Source: an uncultured delta proteobacterium (GTDB lineage Bacteria; Desulfobacterota; RBG-13-43-22). From it: a stretch of DNA of 64,000 bases. Position numbers and translations under genes: made by a program. The DNA lies in contig CAWBOS010000011.1 of NCBI GenBank assembly GCA_963790475.1, positions 96,001-160,000 of the forward strand, given 5' to 3'. Below, in pieces: positions 62,118 to 64,000 of the stretch. The notes beneath the pieces were generated by a model, which saw only the letters and a program-made list of their open reading frames with translations, searched no databases and was not told the origin of the DNA. The first letter of the stretch is position 1; each line of letters opens with the position of its first letter.

Positions 62118-63422
62118 TCAGATTGCGTGGGTCAGGGCAACCGTGAGTGACGCATAGAAACCTGCACTCGTACGGGCAATCGAGGGCCAAGAAAAAGCCA
62201 TAGCCGCTTTCAGCGCCCTTACCTTCATTTGTTCCTTCAGCTCCTCCGACATTAGGACGCCCTTAAGACATGTGCTTAGGGCCAACACATTCTGAGCCGG
62301 AACTAACGCGACCCCGAATTGTTCGTCGAACCCGTCTGGTGTATCCACGCCACGCGTTGTGACCACTGGAAGCCCATGAGCGATCGCTGTAAGAAGACTC
62401 GAACGATTGGATCTAGCACCGCGGATAAACGGGAACACGGCTACATCTGACGCGTGGAGGTACTGCGAGACGACACTGGGAGATGACTTCTCCACTAACT
62501 TCACCCAACCCGTCTCAACCCCTCCCATAAGGACCTCACTCTCATAATGCGACTTCCATCTATACCACGGTTCAAAACGTCCGATAACCAGAAGACACAG
62601 TGGCAAGTCGGCTTCTCGCAGATTCTTCACACTTTTGAGGAGATCAAAGAAACCTTTGCCTGGCTCAATACTCCCAAAGAAAACGACAATCGGGCGGTCA
62701 TCTACCACGCCCAGGTTTTGTCGCCATGTTCTACGCTGAGCACTGGTGACCGGTACGGGGGGAATGGTCGGCGCAATCGGAATGCACTTGATTCTAGGTC
62801 GTCTCAAAGTAGTCCAGCGCGCCAGGAGTTTCCTGTCGGGGGGATCAACGAAAATCAGTCCATGGGCCGCGAGAGGCATCGGCACAGTCCACATCCGCCA
62901 ACGGAGGCGCTGTCCCCGGAATTCATGCAGCGTAACGACGACACGACAGTGCGGTCGCAGTAATCTTAAGATTGCCGGAAGCAAAGTCACCATTGGGCGC
63001 CGTTGAGTCGCATAGCCTCCATACTGCAGGTTGACTATCGTGCCTGGGCCCATTTCGTCAATGATGTTGAGGATGAATCTAACTTCCCGCATCCGCCACT
63101 TTGACATGATACGTCGCACATCCACGCCTTCATCGAACGATTCCCTGGCAAAACTGTTCACTTTTGTAGTCACAACCACGACTCGAATCCCAAGCTTTAC
63201 AAACTCCTTGGCAAGGAAGGCCGTGTAGTCAGAAATTCCCCCAAACAGGGGAGGAAATTCACCGACCACCATCACGACCTTTATCTGAGTCTGGCAGGCG
63301 AAGGAACCGTCGCTTGGACACTCTTCGTTTATCATTATTGTGCTCTTTCTCCGATTGATTGGACAGAAAACAGCCTGGACTAAGCCAAAGAAGTCGTGTC
63401 GCTTCTTCTCCTTCCTCTGCAT
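62118..63422 (-). CDS. GT4 glycosyltransferase (true start probably ~63335)
   Basis: FPPLFGGISDYT, FFGSIEPGKG, SSLLTAIAHGLPVVTT, FSWPSIA. Confidence 0.88.
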   Translation of the reverse strand: MQRKEKKRHDFFGLVQAVFCPINRRKSTIMINEECPSDGSFACQTQIKVVMVVGEFPPLFGGISDYTAFLAKEFVKLGIRVVVVTTKVNSFARESFDEGVDVRRIMSKWRMREVRFILNIIDEMGPGTIVNLQYGGYATQRRPMVTLLPAILRLLRPHCRVVVTLHEFRGQRLRWRMWTVPMPLAAHGLIFVDPPDRKLLARWTTLRRPRIKCIPIAPTIPPVPVTSAQRRTWRQNLGVVDDRPIVVFFGSIEPGKGFFDLLKSVKNLREADLPLCLLVIGRFEPWYRWKSHYESEVLMGGVETGWVKLVEKSSPSVVSQYLHASDVAVFPFIRGARSNRSSLLTAIAHGLPVVTTRGVDTPDGFDEQFGVALVPAQNVLALSTCLKGVLMSEELKEQMKVRALKAAMAFSWPSIARTSAGFYASLTVALTHAI

Positions 63423-64000
63423 ATTCCGTTCGTGCGGGCTTGGGGAAAAGTAAACCCCAGGTGCGCCAAAGCAACCATGGTTACGAATGAAAACATGCCT
63501 GGGTGGGCGGCCGCTGACTCCAAAATCCCGTCCAGTAAGCAGAAGACGAATATCGCAACAAAGGACGCAAAGCCGGGATTCAACGAGGCTCTATAGTGGA
63601 CAATGGAGCGTTTAATGCCGAGAACCAGAATCAGCACGAAGGAAACCATCCCAACCAGCCCTGTGCCTAATAGGAGTTCAAGATAAGCCGAGTGAGCCTC
63701 ACCTATGGCCCATCCCTCAGTCGCCGAGATTTTGGCTATGTGGGTTGGGGTGAAGAAACTATTGTATCCGTAACCTCCAAGCGGACGCCTTGCTGCATAG
63801 TCCAGACATTCTTTCCATAAAGGGATACGGCCAGTAAAGCTGGACATGTCGGAGTCTGTCCTTCCAAGCAGGACGCCCTGCCAGAGGCCCGTAAAGAAGT
63901 CGTTTTCGACAAACAGAACGAGAAGGCACACACCTGCAGCTATACTGAGACCGAGAAGCCAGGCCAGCTTGGGGGAGCGTGATAATACCAAAACCCAGTA
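63380..64000 (-). CDS. O-antigen ligase/Wzy-family membrane protein (runs off right edge)
   Basis: FTGRIPLW, PLGGYGY, AHSAYLELLLGTGLVG. Confidence 0.85.
   Translation of the reverse strand, partial: YWVLVLSRSPKLAWLLGLSIAAGVCLLVLFVENDFFTGLWQGVLLGRTDSDMSSFTGRIPLWKECLDYAARRPLGGYGYNSFFTPTHIAKISATEGWAIGEAHSAYLELLLGTGLVGMVSFVLILVLGIKRSIVHYRASLNPGFASFVAIFVFCLLDGILESAAAHPGMFSFVTMVALAHLGFTFPQARTNGICRGRRRSDTTSLA

Overview
Bacterial chromosomal window whose gene content suggests an anaerobic deltaproteobacterium (Desulfobacterota-like; inference). The left part (1-39 kb) is mostly core genes: a glnA and mvhD-metV-metF/split glutamate-synthase cluster, ABC and MFS transporters, a Pif1-WYL helicase with a premature stop, a UGA-containing DsbA/FrnE selenoprotein candidate, a CoA-activase and RNase E/G. 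It also carries a 2.44-kb tyrosine-recombinase + IS91-like HUH element that splits an XRE-cupin regulator; its two ends join into an attC-like hairpin. A 3' half-tRNA-Arg(CCG) at 39105-39150 marks the probable end of a genomic island running off the right edge. That island carries TA modules, a VPEID-CTERM/exosortase E pair, an exopolysaccharide locus with five IS insertions, and a RAYT-like HUH nuclease inside an array of twelve co-oriented 31-bp palindromes. Those palindromes delimit ~330-370 bp promoter, repeat and signal-peptide modules, and this array is the best candidate for an undescribed system. Several MITEs sit on or next to start codons. All calls are from manual reading; no searches were run.
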